Assembly (NCBI GenBank): GCA_951406725.2
Contig: OX597815.1
Span: forward strand, 38,502,001-38,566,000
Reading direction: 5' to 3'
DNA: 64,000 nucleotides
DNA from: Octopus vulgaris
Taxonomy: Eukaryota
Numbering within the stretch: the stretch's first letter is position 1; every line of letters begins with the position of its first letter. Of the stretch, positions 29,430 through 42,204 are shown in pieces. The notes beneath the pieces were generated by a model. It had not been told where the DNA came from. It worked only from the letters and a program-made list of their open reading frames with translations, and did not search any database. Position numbers and translations under genes: made by a program.

Positions 29430-31110
29430 ATACGCTCTTGATGTCTTCTTTTCCCGGGTCTGTTTTAGTAATTAGCAATCTATTCGTAATTAATTTTCTT
29501 GTTCTTCTGTTAATTTTCTTTTAATGAATTCGTTCCCCTTCCTCTTAATTTCATTAACACTATTTTTTTTATATTTCCTCTACAAACTCACATCGGTTTT
29601 TTATTTGCTGCTTTCTTTCATAACAGAAAACGGTTTTACATGTGTTCGTGTTTTGGAACAATTTGATCACTTTTGAATGACTTTCTATTGTTTCTTGCTA
29701 AATATTCTTTTAGTTATATAATCGGTGTTTTATAATAGTTTTCTAGTTGCGTAAGGTTCCTAATTCCCTGTATTAATGGTAAACATAATCTTACTTAATT
29801 TTAGGTGGAATATTCTAAATACAGACATTATTTTACTGTTTATTATTTTCTGTCTAGTCTCTCCATTTCATTTAGCTACAGTTAAAAACATTATAACTGA
29901 CTTTTTACAGTAAGAGCTTGTCTATTGATATCTATTTCGGTATTTATTGCTTTTAACTCCATTTCGCGTAATAATCTATGTGTGTATAATATTTCTTTCT
30001 AGTATTTTCTTTAGTTTCTGTTGTGTAGTCTGTCTAATTCACTAATTCTTATGTATTTGTTCGTCTGTGTTTGGTCTAAACTTCTTGTTTCTTCATTATG
30101 TTTGACACTTTCATCCGAGTTTCTACTACATCAACAGGTGCACCTCTGTGTTCCTGAGGTGAGCGAAACATTGTTTTGTAAAACTGTAGACTAGTCATTC
30201 TATACTGCATCAGTTGCAACAGTTTTACTTGACTTTGTGATTGTTGTCTCTGGTATTGTGTCAGTCATTCCTTTGTGGTTTAAAATATATACGGTGTATG
30301 TCTTGCCCTTTCGTTAAGTGGCGAAGTTGTTCCAATGAATTTATAATATACTTTCTTGAACTTACCTTCAATTTACGTGTGTTTTACACTGCCTAGCTCA
30401 CTGACTCCTATCTAACATGATATTAGTATTCCTAATTAATTTTCTCCTTTCAGTGTAGCTTTGCTGCATTTATCTAATCCGTATCTCAATAAATTGTTCT
30501 GATAAATCAATGTAGTTTCTGCCGTGGGGCTTTTAGATTTTTATCATTTACACCATACAACTGGTGGTCATCAATATACAAAGATAGCTGATTACGTTAA
30601 CATAGCATCTGATTTTGAGTTCAGTCAGTTTTAGCATGTAGCTTCAAGATGTCCGCGCTTTACAGAAAGAGAGAAGAGAGTTTATTAAGCGAATTTCTTT
30701 CTTGGTGGAAATGTTTATATTTTTATAATTACTTGCTTTACTCGTATCGGCAAAATTGTCTTCCTTCTACTCATGACATGTTTCATATATCTTCTTATTA
30801 ATATTTCTATTTTACTCTTGAATAGTGTTGATCAACATGTTCTGGTAATAGGGTTCTGCTAGTCAATCCATGTAATACGCAAACCCGTTTTATCTTCTGC
30901 AACCTTTGCTGTTTTTAACTGTCTTTATTGCAGCGCCCCCTGATTTTCAGAAATCAAGTTTATTGTTTCTGTGCGCTATTATAGGGTTTATAGTATCGGT
31001 TATTACGTAAGGTTTTCTGGTTATGTCATCTTGGGGTCTGAAGATTCGTTTAAACTTGAGTATTAGTATAGTGTTCCCCAGCAGATTATTGCTTCTGTTA
31101 TAAATTTTAA
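29430..31110 (-). mobile_element. Highly decayed R4/Dong-like RT relic(s)
   Basis: Minus-strand remnants GLRITWID (AWID), YGLDKCSKATLKGE (FGLDKCAKATF) and YKFIG, with many stops. Confidence 0.55.
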
Positions 31111-31142
31111 AATCTTCTGGAATTAGAATTTTACTACAACTG

Positions 31143-31231
<89 letters not shown>

Positions 31232-31274
31232 AATAATGACGATAGGAGCTGGAGCAAAGTTAGCATCTCAAGAC

Positions 31275-31530
31275 GGTTACAATACCAGTATTTGTGGGAG
31301 CGCTTCAAATGATCAGTAAAGGAACTAAAAATTAGTTGACAATGATCCCTGGATTACTATTTATGCAGGGAGCGCAAAAGATAGTATTAAGAGATAACTG
31401 TAAGCGTTAACAGATTATATATGAAAAGAAAGAATGGGGACAATTAGTATAGATCATTGTATAAGGAGTGAAAGGAGAACGCTAGCCGAGTATTTAATAA
31501 AGAGTGACGAAGAGCTGCAGCAATATTCCG
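31275..31530 (+). mobile_element. Two fused R4/Dong fragments
   Basis: VTIPVFVGALQMI..QKIVL (C-terminus) followed by a segment matching 34190-34320 (RLYMKRKNG...RRTLAEYL). Confidence 0.7.
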
Positions 31531-31663
31531 GGTCCCATATTATTATTGACATTTTTAAATGCTTTAGGTAGAACGATGCTGATAATGATAATCAGTCTTG
31601 TTATGGAGGCGATTCAATGCAAGCACGTTATTTATATATATGTGTGTGTGTGTCTGTGTGTGT

Positions 31664-31733
<70 letters not shown>

Positions 31734-31734
31734 A

Positions 31735-34700
31735 AAGAGAGAGATGGGTTCTCAACAACAATTCTCGTGGGAACCCCATGAGCACAACAATGGAAAAATT
31801 AACGGCGGGAATGGAGATTTAGCCGATCATGGTGAAGGATTCCCTCTCGGCAGTCCGAAACCGCCCACATCAGGGACACTGATCTGACCACGAACGGCCT
31901 TTATGTCATAACAGATCACATACACGGTGTTCGCAAAAACAGACATAAGTAGATGAAGGAAGAGTACGATACACACTTATTGACTGTCATGAAAAAGAAA
32001 AAGCTGGAAAGAAATCGTGCAGTAGGCCGACGTACCTCGAGATTTTGGATGGAAAGGACATGTGTCCAATATCAGAAAATAAACTAATGAACCAAGTGAG
32101 AGTGAAGGGTTACTTAACTGGAATAGAAATATCTCGGATTAGTGAGAGTCTGAGAGACCCTGCGGATGGGCTACAAAGGATGGTTGGCGTTGGAAACAGA
32201 GGTAGGAGTTGAAAGCAGAGAGAATAATACACAAGTGGAACAGGGAAATGGTGATGGGGCTGTTAAGGATGAAGAACAGGAACGTTATACAGTGAATCCT
32301 GCTATTGTGGTGGTGGACTTGCAATGAAATAAACCAACTAGATGATGAATTGCTAGATATTTAAAGACGACGCACCGACTTGATGAACGCTCCAGAAGAA
32401 AACATCCCCGTGAATATGAGAAGGGTAAATAGGACTATGATAAATTAAGTAACACGAAATATAAATACTGTCATAGCATAAATACAGACGGAGGACATAG
32501 CACAAACAAAGAATCTTCTCCGAGCTATTGCACTAGTTGTTGAGGAGAAATTACAACTAAAGAGAACAAAAAATGGTGGAGCAAAAGAATCATGGTGAAA
32601 ACGATGCATTGAAGGAGACATAATGCGAGCAATGCAAAATCTAGGCAAAAAGACCAACCGAGAAAAATTAGAGAAGAAATATAAAATACGGTAGAACGGG
32701 TTTGATGAGCAATTAAAACAGATCATAGTGAAGAGCCAGAAGATCAGAATATTTATGAACAGAAATAAGCAGTTCGAGAACAGATTATTCAAAAATAGTC
32801 CAAAGCAATTCTTCCGAACGATAGAAGGAGACAATGGGGAAAATGTTGCTCCTGACTCAGATCAAGCCTAGGAGTTCTGGAGCGGATTATGGGAAAATAA
32901 CATGGTGCATAAGAGCGATGCAATGTGAATAGGAATTAACAAGACAGAATGACAAGGAGGAAAGAAACAAAAGAATATTGTCATAAGCACAGGTGATGTG
33001 AAAGAACAAGTGGGTAAAGTGCTTAACTGGAAAGTCCCCGGACCAAATGAGATTCATGGCTTCTGGCTGAAGAGTTGCCACGCGGTGCATGAAATATTAG
33101 CAATCTAATTGAATGAGTGTGGATAGGGACTGGGAGGACAACACTTATAAAGAAATATAGAAGAATTGGGAATATTGTGGGAAACTATCGCCCCAAAGCA
33201 TGCATGTACATAATCTGGAAGATACTCACTGGAATCTGTGCGGCAAAGACATTGACTCCTGGCACAGGAAGAAGTACTACCAAGGGAAGAAAAAGGATGT
33301 AGGAAGAGTTCTCAGGGTACCAAGAATCACCTGGTAATCGATAAACAGTTTTGAGGCATTGTAAAAAGCATCATACAAACATATCTTTGGCTTCGATTGA
33401 CTTTAAGAAGGCATATGATATGATGCCTCATTCTTGGATCGTTGAATGCCTGCAGATGTTTGGTATTGCTGACAACATCACAAATTTTCTGATGCATGGC
33501 AGGAAAGAGTGGAAAACTAAATTTTACTCAAGTAATATAGTCCTTGGAGAAGTTAATAGTAAAAGGGGAATCTTCCAAGGTGACTCGTTTTCTCCGTTAC
33601 TATTTGTAATTGCAGTAATACCTATAACAATGACACTTAGGAATGTTAAGATGGGTTACCGACGTGGGAAGAAAGGCACATCACTGAACCATCTTCTGTT
33701 TATGGATGACCTGAAACTGTTTGGGAATCCTGAAAAACAGATAGATTCCTTAACCAAAACAGTCTATAAGTGTGGTAGGGACATCGGTATGGAATTTGGG
33801 ATTACCAAATACTCAGTACTTAATATGAAAAGAGGTAAGACAGCATCAAGACAGCATCCTGCAGAGAATTGCGGTTACCATCAAGAGAAACTATGGGTGA
33901 AGCAGGCGGTCGTTGGTATAGATATTTAGGGATTTTGGAGCTGGATTACATTCTACACTGAGAAATGAAAGTCAAGGTCAGCGAGGCGTATCAAAAAAGG
34001 GTGAAGATCGTGTTGAAATCTAACCTGGATGCCAAAATGTTGATTACTGTAATGAATATCTGGGCAGTTGCAGTGGTCAGATATACTGCGTCCATCCTCA
34101 AAGGGATTAAGGAGGAAATATCAACACTGGATAGAAGGACGAGAAAGCTGGTGACGCTGCATGGGGCGCTACACCTTAAAGCAAACGAAAACAGACTGTA
34201 TATGAAAAGAAAGAATGGTGGCAGAGTACTAATTTGTATAGACCATTGTATAAAGAGTAAAAGGAGAACGCTTGCCGAGTATTTGATAAATAGTGATGAC
34301 AACGTGCTGCAATATGCCGCGAAAGATACGGGTGTAATTGCAAATGAAATGATGGGCAAAGGAGAGTTTAACCAAAGAGCTGAGATGAAGAGAAAAGAAG
34401 ACCATGAAATGAGAATGCATGGACAGTTTCAAAGGGATACACAGGACGTTAAGTTGTCGTGTTGAATAAGGGAGACGAAATATATTAGATCATTGATGTA
34501 GCCATACCAAATGACATGAATGTTGTAAGTAAAGAAGTTGAAAATTCACTATGTACTCCGAATTCAAAGTGGAAATGGCAAGACTGTGTGGAATGCGAGA
34601 GCGTAATTTAAAAGTGATACCAGTGGTGATCGGAGCGTTGCGCTCAATCCCATTGAAACTTCAAGACTCCTTAAGGCAACTGGAAATCACATACAAGATT

Positions 34701-34822
34701 GATGTCTTGCAAAAAGCAGCCTTATTGGGCACAGCGCACATCTTAAGGAAAATATTATTTGTCTTATGTCCTTGTTGTGACTTGACAGATGACTAAAAAC
34801 CGGCGCTGTGTTACGAAGGAAT
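31735..34822 (+). mobile_element. Near full-length degenerate R4/Dong-like retrotransposon
   Basis: Putative 5' UTR hairpin, WKVPGPN, NYRP, ORF 33351-33929 (IDFKKAYD, GIFQGDSFSP, FMDDLKL), ORF 33965-34465 and ORF 34551-34796 (IPVVIGAL, LLGTAHILRK). The CCHC region is deleted. Confidence 0.92.
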
Positions 34823-34849
34823 TATAATGATAATGATAAAAATAACAAT

Positions 34850-35530
34850 TGACTTTGTATGATGGACGGGAACATAAAATGAGGAAGATAATCTCTAACT
34901 ATAGCGGCTCAAGAACAAGCTCTTAGAACAAACCTGATAAAGTCAAAGATTGACAAAACTCAGACAGACAGCAAACGCAGAATCTGCAGGAAAGCAGAGG
35001 AAAATATCAATCACCTTTTTAGTGAGTGCAGCGTACTATCAGAAAAGGAATATAAAAGCAAATGTGACTGTGTAGACAAAAGTGTGAATTGGAAAGTTAG
35101 CCGAGTGTATCGCTTCAAAACAACAGAAAAGTAGTATTAACACGAAACAGAGGTTATGATAGAAAATTAGAATTACAAGATCTTGTAGGATTTCTCCATA
35201 TATATGCACGATATTGAAGCAAAAAGGTTAGATGTGATCACAAAGGACAAAGTAGACAGTGTAATATCATAGGTTTAATAAATATTAGGATCTAGCCAGA
35301 GACATGAGGAGACTCTTGAAAACCAAGACAACAATTATTCCTGTAGTAATTGGTGCACTTGGCAGAACACCCAAAAGACTGAAAGAGATTGAATTTCAAA
35401 CTTTCACTATCGAACTGCAGAAAAGTACTATCAAATATTCTGAAAGAATCCAATAGAAGATTCTTGAGACCTGGGGAGACTTGTTGTCACCAAACATCAA
35501 GATAAAATACATGCTAACTAAATTAGTAAG
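34850..35530 (+). mobile_element. R4/Dong-like 3' fragment
   Basis: AAQEQALRTN, RICRKAEENINHLFSEC and IIPVVIGALG, followed by a (TAA)n tail at 35537-35645. Confidence 0.85.
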
Positions 35531-35596
35531 TACTGGCATAATGATATTAATAATAATGATAATAATAATAATAATAATGATAATAATAATAATAAC

Positions 35597-35648
<52 letters not shown>

Positions 35649-35654
35649 TTTTTT

Positions 35655-35852
35655 AAATCGTATTAACTGGAACGGCTCATTATCGCTGTGAAAACAACAT
35701 CCATTCATAAATTTATTTATTTATTAATTTTTAAATACATATTTTATCTGTGAATTTGCGTTTGTAATCTGGGAATGCATATAATGCACTTCTCTGCCCT
35801 AGGTGTATGGAAAACACTCGGCGAGAAACGGAAGAAAATTTGAAGAAAGAAG
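35655..35852 (+). mobile_element. Very short R4/Dong 3'-end insertion
   Basis: IVLTGTAH remnant plus a 3' UTR with GCCCTAGG..ACTCGGCGAG and a (TAA)n tail. Sister copy at 39605-39740. Confidence 0.75.
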
Positions 35853-35853
35853 G

Positions 35854-35882
<29 letters not shown>

Positions 35883-35884
<2 letters not shown>

Positions 35885-38800
35885 GTATAGCCCACCACGA
35901 GGCTTAATTGAAAGACTGCCATCTGACCAAAGTACGCAAAGGCCTGAAGATACAAGAAATTCTATTGTACCTGTTAAAGATAGCCAGGAAAACGAAAAAA
36001 CAACAGTAACTGAAGATCTCGCATTTGCTGAAGAACACAGAGAGTCTATAGCGGAAATGAGGCAGAAAATCCTGAATACGCTTGAAGTTGTAAGACATAC
36101 AAGTATGAATGATAGAGAACCGCTTCATAAACTCTCAAATACAAACCAAAATAGAAAACAAATCCAAATTGGCAACTATGTAACAAATGAAATAATACGA
36201 GAATTAAAACCTGATTTTACTGAGTTAAATGAAATTATTTACGCTTCTGCTAGGGCAATTGAAACCAGCTGTATGCCCCCGAAAAAACAAAGAAAAAAAA
36301 ACCTGGGAAGAAATCAAACCTGGAGAAGTAAAATTGAAAAAGAGATTGAATTTATGAGAGGGGAAATATCAATATTAAATGAACTAATATGTGGAAATGA
36401 TGTAAGATCCAGAACAGGAAGAAAGATGAAGAGAAAATTTGGATCCTCACCAAGAGAAGAACTGATATCAATAAAAGAAACGCTGAAACAAAAAGTCCAA
36501 GCAAAAGCCCAAAGAATACGAAGATTTGAGAAGAGAAACAAGTTTTACAAGCAAAATAAGCTGTTCACATCCAATGCCAAAAAATTCTACAGAGAAATAG
36601 GGAAGGAGAAAGTAACCGTTAAAGACCCCTCTCCCATGGAAGAAGTTCAAAACTTTTGGAAAAGGATTTGGAGTGACAAGAAGACGTACAACATAAATGC
36701 AGACTGGATTATACAAACTGAAGGATCCTACCAAAATTTACAACAACAAGCATGGGAAGACATCACAATAGCAGACCTAAGAAAGGCACTCACGAAGGCC
36801 CATAATTGGAAATCCCCCGGTAAAGATAGGGTGCCGAATTTCTGGCTCGCATCGCTCCCGTGCGCACACGGTAAGCTAGTTCAGCTGCTCAATGGAATTA
36901 TGAGAGACCCAAAGAAAATACCTGAATGGTTAGCAAGTGGCATTACTTACCTACTCCCAAAGAATAACGAAACCAACCTTCCAAAAAACTATCGGCCTAT
37001 AACCTGTCTATCCACCACGTATAAAATCCTAACATCTATCCTGGCGGAGAAAACATATGCATTCATGGAGAAGAACGATATTTTCCCCATTGAACAGAAA
37101 GGGTGCCGCCGAGGCTCTTACGGATGCAAAGATCAACTGCTAATCAATCGTATGATCCTTGAGAACTGTCACAACAAGCGCAGAAATCTCAGCACCGCAT
37201 GGATTGACTATAAAAAGGCCTTCGACAGTATACCGCATCCATGGATCTTGAGATCGCTGGACATCTTCAAAATTTCCCCTGTGATTTCAAACTTCCTGAA
37301 GCACAATATGTCGTTGTGGAATACGAATTTCCAATTATACCACTCTAATGGAGTACTTGCCTCAGAAAATATAAACATCAACTGTGGAATTTTTCAAGGT
37401 GACTCACTTTCACCTTTAATATTCTGCATAGCCCTAATACCCCTTGCAAGTGAATTAAACAGAACAGGGTATGGGTATAAAATTGCCAATAAAAAAATAA
37501 GCCATCTATTTTATATGGATGACTTAAAACTTTATGGTAAAGACAATAATGAACTTGAAGGCCTATTGCGCACCGTGAAAGCATTCAGCGATGACATCGG
37601 GATGGAGTTTGGACTTGAGAAGTGTGCCAAGGCCACTTTCTAGAAAGGGAAAGTGAAGACCACAAATTCAGTCGTGTTAGATGTTGACACAGTCATAAGA
37701 GACCTTGAGCAAGAACAAACATACAAATATTTAGGGATAAATGAAGGCTCTGGTATTCAGCATGCAAGCATGAAAGAGAAAATCAGGAAGGAATCTTATA
37801 GGAGAGTTCGTGCAGTCCTGAAATCTGAACTAAATGCACGTAACAAGGTGTTAGCTATAAATTCCCTAGCAATTCCAGTTGTTACTTATAGCTACAATGT
37901 GTTGAACTGGAATATGAGTGAAGTAAAGAATATAGATAGAAAAATACGCAAGCTGCTGAGTTGTAATAGGATGCACCACCCAAAGGCAGACGTAGATCGC
38001 CTTTACCTTCCCAGAGCCCAAGGAGGTCGAGGCCTGATCCAATTTGAACTAGCTTACAAAACAACCACAATTGGACTGGCCAAATATCTCGAAATATCGA
38101 ATGACTGGATGCTAAAGCTCGTGGAAAATCACGAGAGACGAAAGAAGCTTCATTCTATCACCAAGGAAAGCAAAAAATTTGCTATTGATCTCGTGCAGGA
38201 TACCCAAACTGAACAACCCGAGGGAAGTACGGCAACTATTGTTGCAAAGAAGGTGAAAATGATGGCAATGAAAAAAGCGCACGAGCAATTGGCTGATAGG
38301 TGGGAGGAGAAACCTCTGCACGGCAAATATGTGACCCGCAGCAAACAAGCTGATGTTGACCAGAAGCAAACCCATCAGTGGCTGCGGAGCTCAGGGCTAA
38401 AAGCAGAGAGCGAAGGTTTCATCCTGGCTGCTCAAGACCAAAGCCTATCAACCCGGAACTACCAGGCCAATGTGATGAAAAATGGAGCAGACCCAAAATG
38501 CCGATTCTGCAACGACATGATTGAAACAGTGGACCACCTAATCTCTGGATGTAAAGTCTTAGCACCAGTGGAGTATAAATTAAGACATGACAGAGTTGGC
38601 CAATATCTCCACTGGCTAATAAGTCGGCATTACAATATCAAAACTGCCGACAAGTGGTATAATCACCACCCTGAGGCTGTAACTGAAGGAGAAAATGTAA
38701 CCATTCTGTGGGACTTTCCAGTACATACAGACCGAACCATCAAGGCCAATAAACCAGATATTGTTGTGAAAGACCAAAACAATAAAGTTTGCTTATTGAT

Positions 38801-39245
38801 CGACATGAGCATCCCCTGTGATCATAATATCTCAGCGAAAGAGTTTGACAAGCTCAGAAAATATAAAGACCTACTCATTGAAATTGAGAAAATGTGGCAT
38901 CTCAAGGCGGTTACAATACCAGTGATCGTAGGAGCACTAGGAATTATCAAGAAGGGAACCGAAAATTATATGAGAATGATCCCTGGCTTACCATCCCTGC
39001 AAGAAGTGCAAAAGATTGTCTTAACTGGTACATCACACGTATTGAGAAGAGCATTGTCGATGTGAGAACTGTTGCTGCTCATGTATTTTAATTTAACTTT
39101 TAAAAAAAAAATAAATAAATAAATGAACGAACTACTGAGTTTGGTTTAATGGCCTACCAATATACACTATGAGTTTCTTTGCCCTAGGAGTCGGGAAGAC
39201 ACTCGGCAAGAAATGGAAGAAAACTTGAAAGAAGAAAAAAAAAGT
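35883..39245 (+). mobile_element. Young R4/Dong-like retrotransposon, 5'-truncated, in (TAA)n
   Basis: Flanked by (TAA)n on both sides, with one long reading frame and a complete 3' UTR. Confidence 0.96.
36057..39065 (+). pseudogene. RT-CCHC-RLE polyprotein of about 1000 codons with a single in-frame TAG at 37641-37643
   Basis: ORFs 36057-37643 and 37653-39065 are in the same frame. Motifs present: WKSPGKD, NYRPITCL, WIDYKKAFDS, GIFQGDSLSP, FYMDDLKL, YKYLG, GGRGL, CRFC-HLISGC, RHD, KPDIV..IDMSIP..KYKDL. Confidence 0.95.
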
Positions 39246-39262
39246 AATAATAATAATAATAA

Positions 39263-39584
39263 AGCCATGTGTTGAGAGGGATTCTTTGGGGTTTGAATAA
39301 TTCACCTCTGGAAACATGGGTGTTTTGTTCAACATCCTTAAACAACCCTTATTCAGGGACCTTTTGAACGGGATGGGTTACTCGACCTGAAGAAAATTCT
39401 AACTGGGCCCCACCTGCAAGGTCATGCGCTGTTTATCTTGATATGAGATCACTGTGTCGCACACATATGGTTGTGATGCATGTGCCTCGTGTACCCTTAT
39501 CAGACGGGTAGTCATGATGGGTATATTGGGCTTCGTATATTTTACCCCAGTGTCACTTTGATGGCATGCACTGCTCTCTTACTC
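39263..39584 (+). mobile_element. Element 'X', 5'-truncated copy
   Basis: Reverse complement of 18961-~19281. Ends CTC(AAT)n and sits in the (TAA)n tail of the preceding R4 element. Confidence 0.85.
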
Positions 39585-39604
39585 AATAATAATAATAATA
39601 ATAA

Positions 39605-39740
39605 GTGAAAACAACATCCATCCATGAATTTTATTTATTTATCTGTGAATTTGCGTGCGTAATCTGGGAATGCGCTTATCTGCCCTAGGTGTACGGAAAA
39701 CACTCGGCGAGAAACGGAAGAAAATTTGAAGAAAGAAGAG
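39605..39740 (+). mobile_element. Very short R4/Dong 3' UTR insertion
   Basis: Matches 35686-35852. Confidence 0.75.
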
Positions 39741-40827
39741 ATAAAAATAATAATAATATATTCGGCTCTAGAAATCAGAAACCATCGTTTTGCTTTTCCC
39801 TTCAAATCTCATTTTATTTAAGCCATACTAAAGAAATTTTTCTTCTGAGTATTTGCTGAAAGAGTAATTGCCGAACGAAAAACTTCCCTCGATATTTAGG
39901 GATGACAACAGAAGCAAAAGAAATTTGTTTTCCTAACTTTTAAAATTATATTTAAACATACTACAGTTTCAAATCCAAAGTGACAAATAATTATCCAATA
40001 GCTACATTCAACAGAAAATCAAACATACGACTAAACGTTCTAGAAGAGGAAGAAAGCTATGGTACTATCGACAGTATCATTAAAACTGAAGACGCAACCA
40101 AAACACAAGCTGAAATTGTCAGATTGCACATTAGTTCCTCAATACATAAGCCAAAGGCGAAAACCACAAGAGTTATAATAACAGGTATTTGATAATACGT
40201 TTATTCATAGATGGTAATGACTTTTGTAACGTAATAGGAGGGTGATCTGTGTTGCACAATATCTTCAACGTGCAATAAACACATATTGATGATAAATTTC
40301 AAATATTTATTGACAATGTGAACAGAAAAAGGGAAAAACATTGTTGAAAAAATAGTCATCATAAAACAACACACATAGACATGGGGGGAATAATTGCTTC
40401 TAAATGAGAACAATAACCTTTCTCAATAAGAAATAGCGAACAAAATATGGAGATCAAAGATGATCTAAGATTCATCGTTCTTTGAAAATCCAGCAATTAA
40501 TTTATACGCAAAATTACGCTTCTATAATGTTAGAAGCAGTCCTAAAAATATAAAATAACACAAAAGCCATCAGATTCAGAATAGAAACAATTACCAAGAG
40601 ATAGATTACTGGGAAAGTAAAATTATGACATTATACAGAAATTGAATTATATATATATATACATACATACATATATATAATAGGTAATGGTGTCATTCAG
40701 ACACCTAAAAAAATGGATCTACAAATTCAATATCCCTACATATCTCACGTCTATTTTCGTTCCTCCACCTCACTCTCTATTTTGTATCCTATCTAAATTA
40801 AATATTAATTAACCATCTTCTTACACC

Positions 40828-40879
40828 GTCTCCGACGAAGGGATATTATGAATAAATATCCTGGAAGCAGCTGTAAGAC
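40828..40879 (+). ncRNA. Degenerate type I hammerhead ribozyme
   Basis: GUCU-CCGACGA-[AGGGAUAUU..AAUAUCCUG]-GAAG-C-AGCU-G-UA^AGAC, with two core substitutions and a palindromic stem III. Confidence 0.6.
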
Positions 40880-41051
40880 CTTCTATCTATAAATGTTCTA
40901 ATATCTACACAGCCTTGGATTTTTATCTCATTACGCAAAAAATTCTTATATATATTAATATTAATGGTAAGACAACAAAAGAATGAAAGAGACCTGGATA
41001 TCATGTAAATAGAGGAATCTATTTGTAATGTAATATGTAACAATTTTTCGG

Positions 41052-41126
41052 TTGCCATGATAAAACTCCGAGTTTCGGATGTCGGGGCGGAAACCTACAC
41101 CGGCATCTCTTCAGTTATTGCGGCAA
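41052..41126 (-). ncRNA. Type I hammerhead ribozyme, core intact
   Basis: UUGCC-gca-AUAA-CUGAAGA-GAUGcCGG..CCGaCAUC-C-GAAA-CU-CGG-AG-UU^UUAU-cau-GGCAA. Confidence 0.7.
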
Positions 41127-41663
41127 TTAAAATATGCTATGAAAAGACCGTTAAACAAAGGGAAATTAGTATGTAATTGACCGTTATTAAGACAAAAGAG
41201 ATATTAGAATGACTGTTAAATAAGGGAAAAAACCGAAGGGGAGGAAGTAAAAAGTAAAAGCTAAAAGAATAAGAAAGCTCATAGCAATCGCTAGTGCGCA
41301 CATGTACATACACATGCGCGCATGCGCATCCACATACATGTGCACGTATGGGTATGTGCACGCGTGTGTGCGTGTTATGTGCGCGCGCGCATTTGTGGAC
41401 TTATATACGTGTACATGCATGGTTGCATATTTATGTGCATCTATTTGACTATGTGTGGATGCGCATGTGTGTATTTAATGCGAGTTTGTGTGAATATATG
41501 CATATAGGCATATGTACGTGGGTGTGCGTGCGCGCGTGTGCATTATGTACATGCGCGCACATGCGATTGCAATGAGTTTTCTTATTCCTTTACCTTTTAC
41601 TTTTTACTTCCTCCTCTTCGGTTTTTTCCCTTGGTTAACGGTCATTTTCATAGCATATTTTAA

Positions 41664-41738
41664 TTGCCTCGGTAACTGAAGAAATGCCGGTGTAGGTTTC
41701 CACCCCGACATCCAACACTCAGAGTTTTATCATGGCAA
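41664..41738 (+). ncRNA. Mutated hammerhead copy (GAAA changed to AACA)
   Basis: Inverted sister of 41052-41126 with a damaged second core strand. Confidence 0.55.
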
Positions 41739-41760
41739 CCGAATAATTCTCATATATTAT

Positions 41761-41838
<78 letters not shown>

Positions 41839-41896
41839 CGGAGATGTACTTGCATAGAGAGTGACTTGATCTGAGATCGTGTGCTGGAACGAAAAT

Positions 41897-42076
41897 AATT
41901 GCAGCGTGGAAGGTGTTTATAAGCCATTTAAGAAACACACAAAACCGTTAGATTCACTTCAACATTTAAATTTAATTTGTCAAAATAGTTTGACAAATTA
42001 AATTTAAATGTTGAAGTGAATCTAACTGTTTTGTGTGTTTTTTAAATGGCTTATAAACACCTTCCACGCTGCAATT
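41897..42076. repeat. Near-perfect 88-bp-arm hairpin with a 4-nt loop
   Basis: AATTGCAGCGTGGAAGG...TTTGTCAAA-atag-TTTGACAAA...CCTTCCACGCTGCAATT. Confidence 0.93.
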
Positions 42077-42077
42077 G

Positions 42078-42129
<52 letters not shown>

Positions 42130-42170
42130 TACACCGGCATCTCTTCAGTTATCGAGGCAATTAAAATATG

Positions 42171-42204
<34 letters not shown>

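Larger units (their letters stand above)
41048..41742. mobile_element. Inverted-repeat pair carrying hammerheads (Penelope pseudo-LTR-like)
   Basis: 41048-~41335 is reverse-complementary to ~41510-41742, with an insertion in the left arm. A third partial copy lies at 42125-42172. Confidence 0.85.

Noticed and set aside
37641-37643. Programmed stop-codon readthrough
   Set aside because: Paralogs in the window have a sense codon here, so a nonsense mutation or sequencing error is simpler.
35655-39740. LTR-like direct repeats flanking the long R4 element
   Set aside because: Both are R4 3'-UTR stubs with their own TAA tails and indel differences. No TG..CA ends, PBS or integrase.
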